A stretch of 64,000 bases of DNA. Origin: Mobula hypostoma. Lineage: Eukaryota. How positions within the stretch are numbered: position 1 is the stretch's first letter; each line of letters opens with the position of its first letter. The notes below the pieces were generated by a model. It worked only from the letters and a program-made list of their open reading frames with translations, had not been told where the DNA came from and ran no database searches. The DNA is taken from assembly GCF_963921235.1 (NCBI RefSeq), contig NC_086097.1, positions 163,744,001 through 163,808,000 on the forward strand. Direction: 5' to 3'. Made by a program: the position numbers and the translations under genes. Positions 63,801 to 64,000 of the stretch are shown piece by piece.

Positions 63801-64000
63801 CTGTTGAAGGGCCTGTTTCTGTGATGTTCTGTGTTCAACGTATACAATGCACAGCTCACGAGCATTTCCCAACCCTCTTGGCAAAGCCAAAAGGTAAGAA
63901 GATCCACAATATTTATTTCAATAACTGCGAGGTAACGTTGCAGCTCTGTAAAACTCTGGTTAGACCACACTTGGCGCATTGTGCTCATTCCTGGTCACCT

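Larger units (their letters stand above)
58380..64000 (+). mobile_element. Degenerate CR1 (esterase ORF1 and ORF2 pieces at about 58380-59050, 60390-61385, 62897-64000) with nested insertions
   Basis: EVVIQTGTND (esterase), RIEENPKALYRYV, AAGGCATTTTGACAAG and LVRPHL-type sequence, colinear across the inserts. Confidence 0.7.

Overview
Eukaryotic (vertebrate) genomic DNA. The repeat content (CR1/HER1-type LINEs, HE1/V-SINE-like SINEs, abundant Penelope-like elements) suggests a cartilaginous fish, probably a ray; this is inference. The window lies inside a type IIb receptor protein tyrosine phosphatase gene on the + strand, best matching PTPRT. Two Ig-domain exons are visible (3359-3474 and 15815-15989), separated by a 12.3-kb intron and followed by more than 48 kb of intron with no further exon recognised. 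The introns are packed with nested transposable elements: CR1, Rex1/Babar-like, Penelope-like (RT + GIY-YIG), Vingi-like and Tx1-like LINEs, a Mag-type Gypsy relic, a Tc1-type MITE, and a young Gmr1-like LTR element (45241-50101) whose 955-aa ORF stays open although pol is deleted. The most notable non-coding signal is a minimal type I hammerhead ribozyme motif at the 3' end of the Penelope-like elements. It is intact at 14794-14831 and 28555-28592, both in the host sense orientation, and recurs in degenerate form in several short palindromic derivatives. Family assignments come from motif recognition only, with no database search. Boundaries of old repeats are approximate unless a target-site duplication (TSD) is given.
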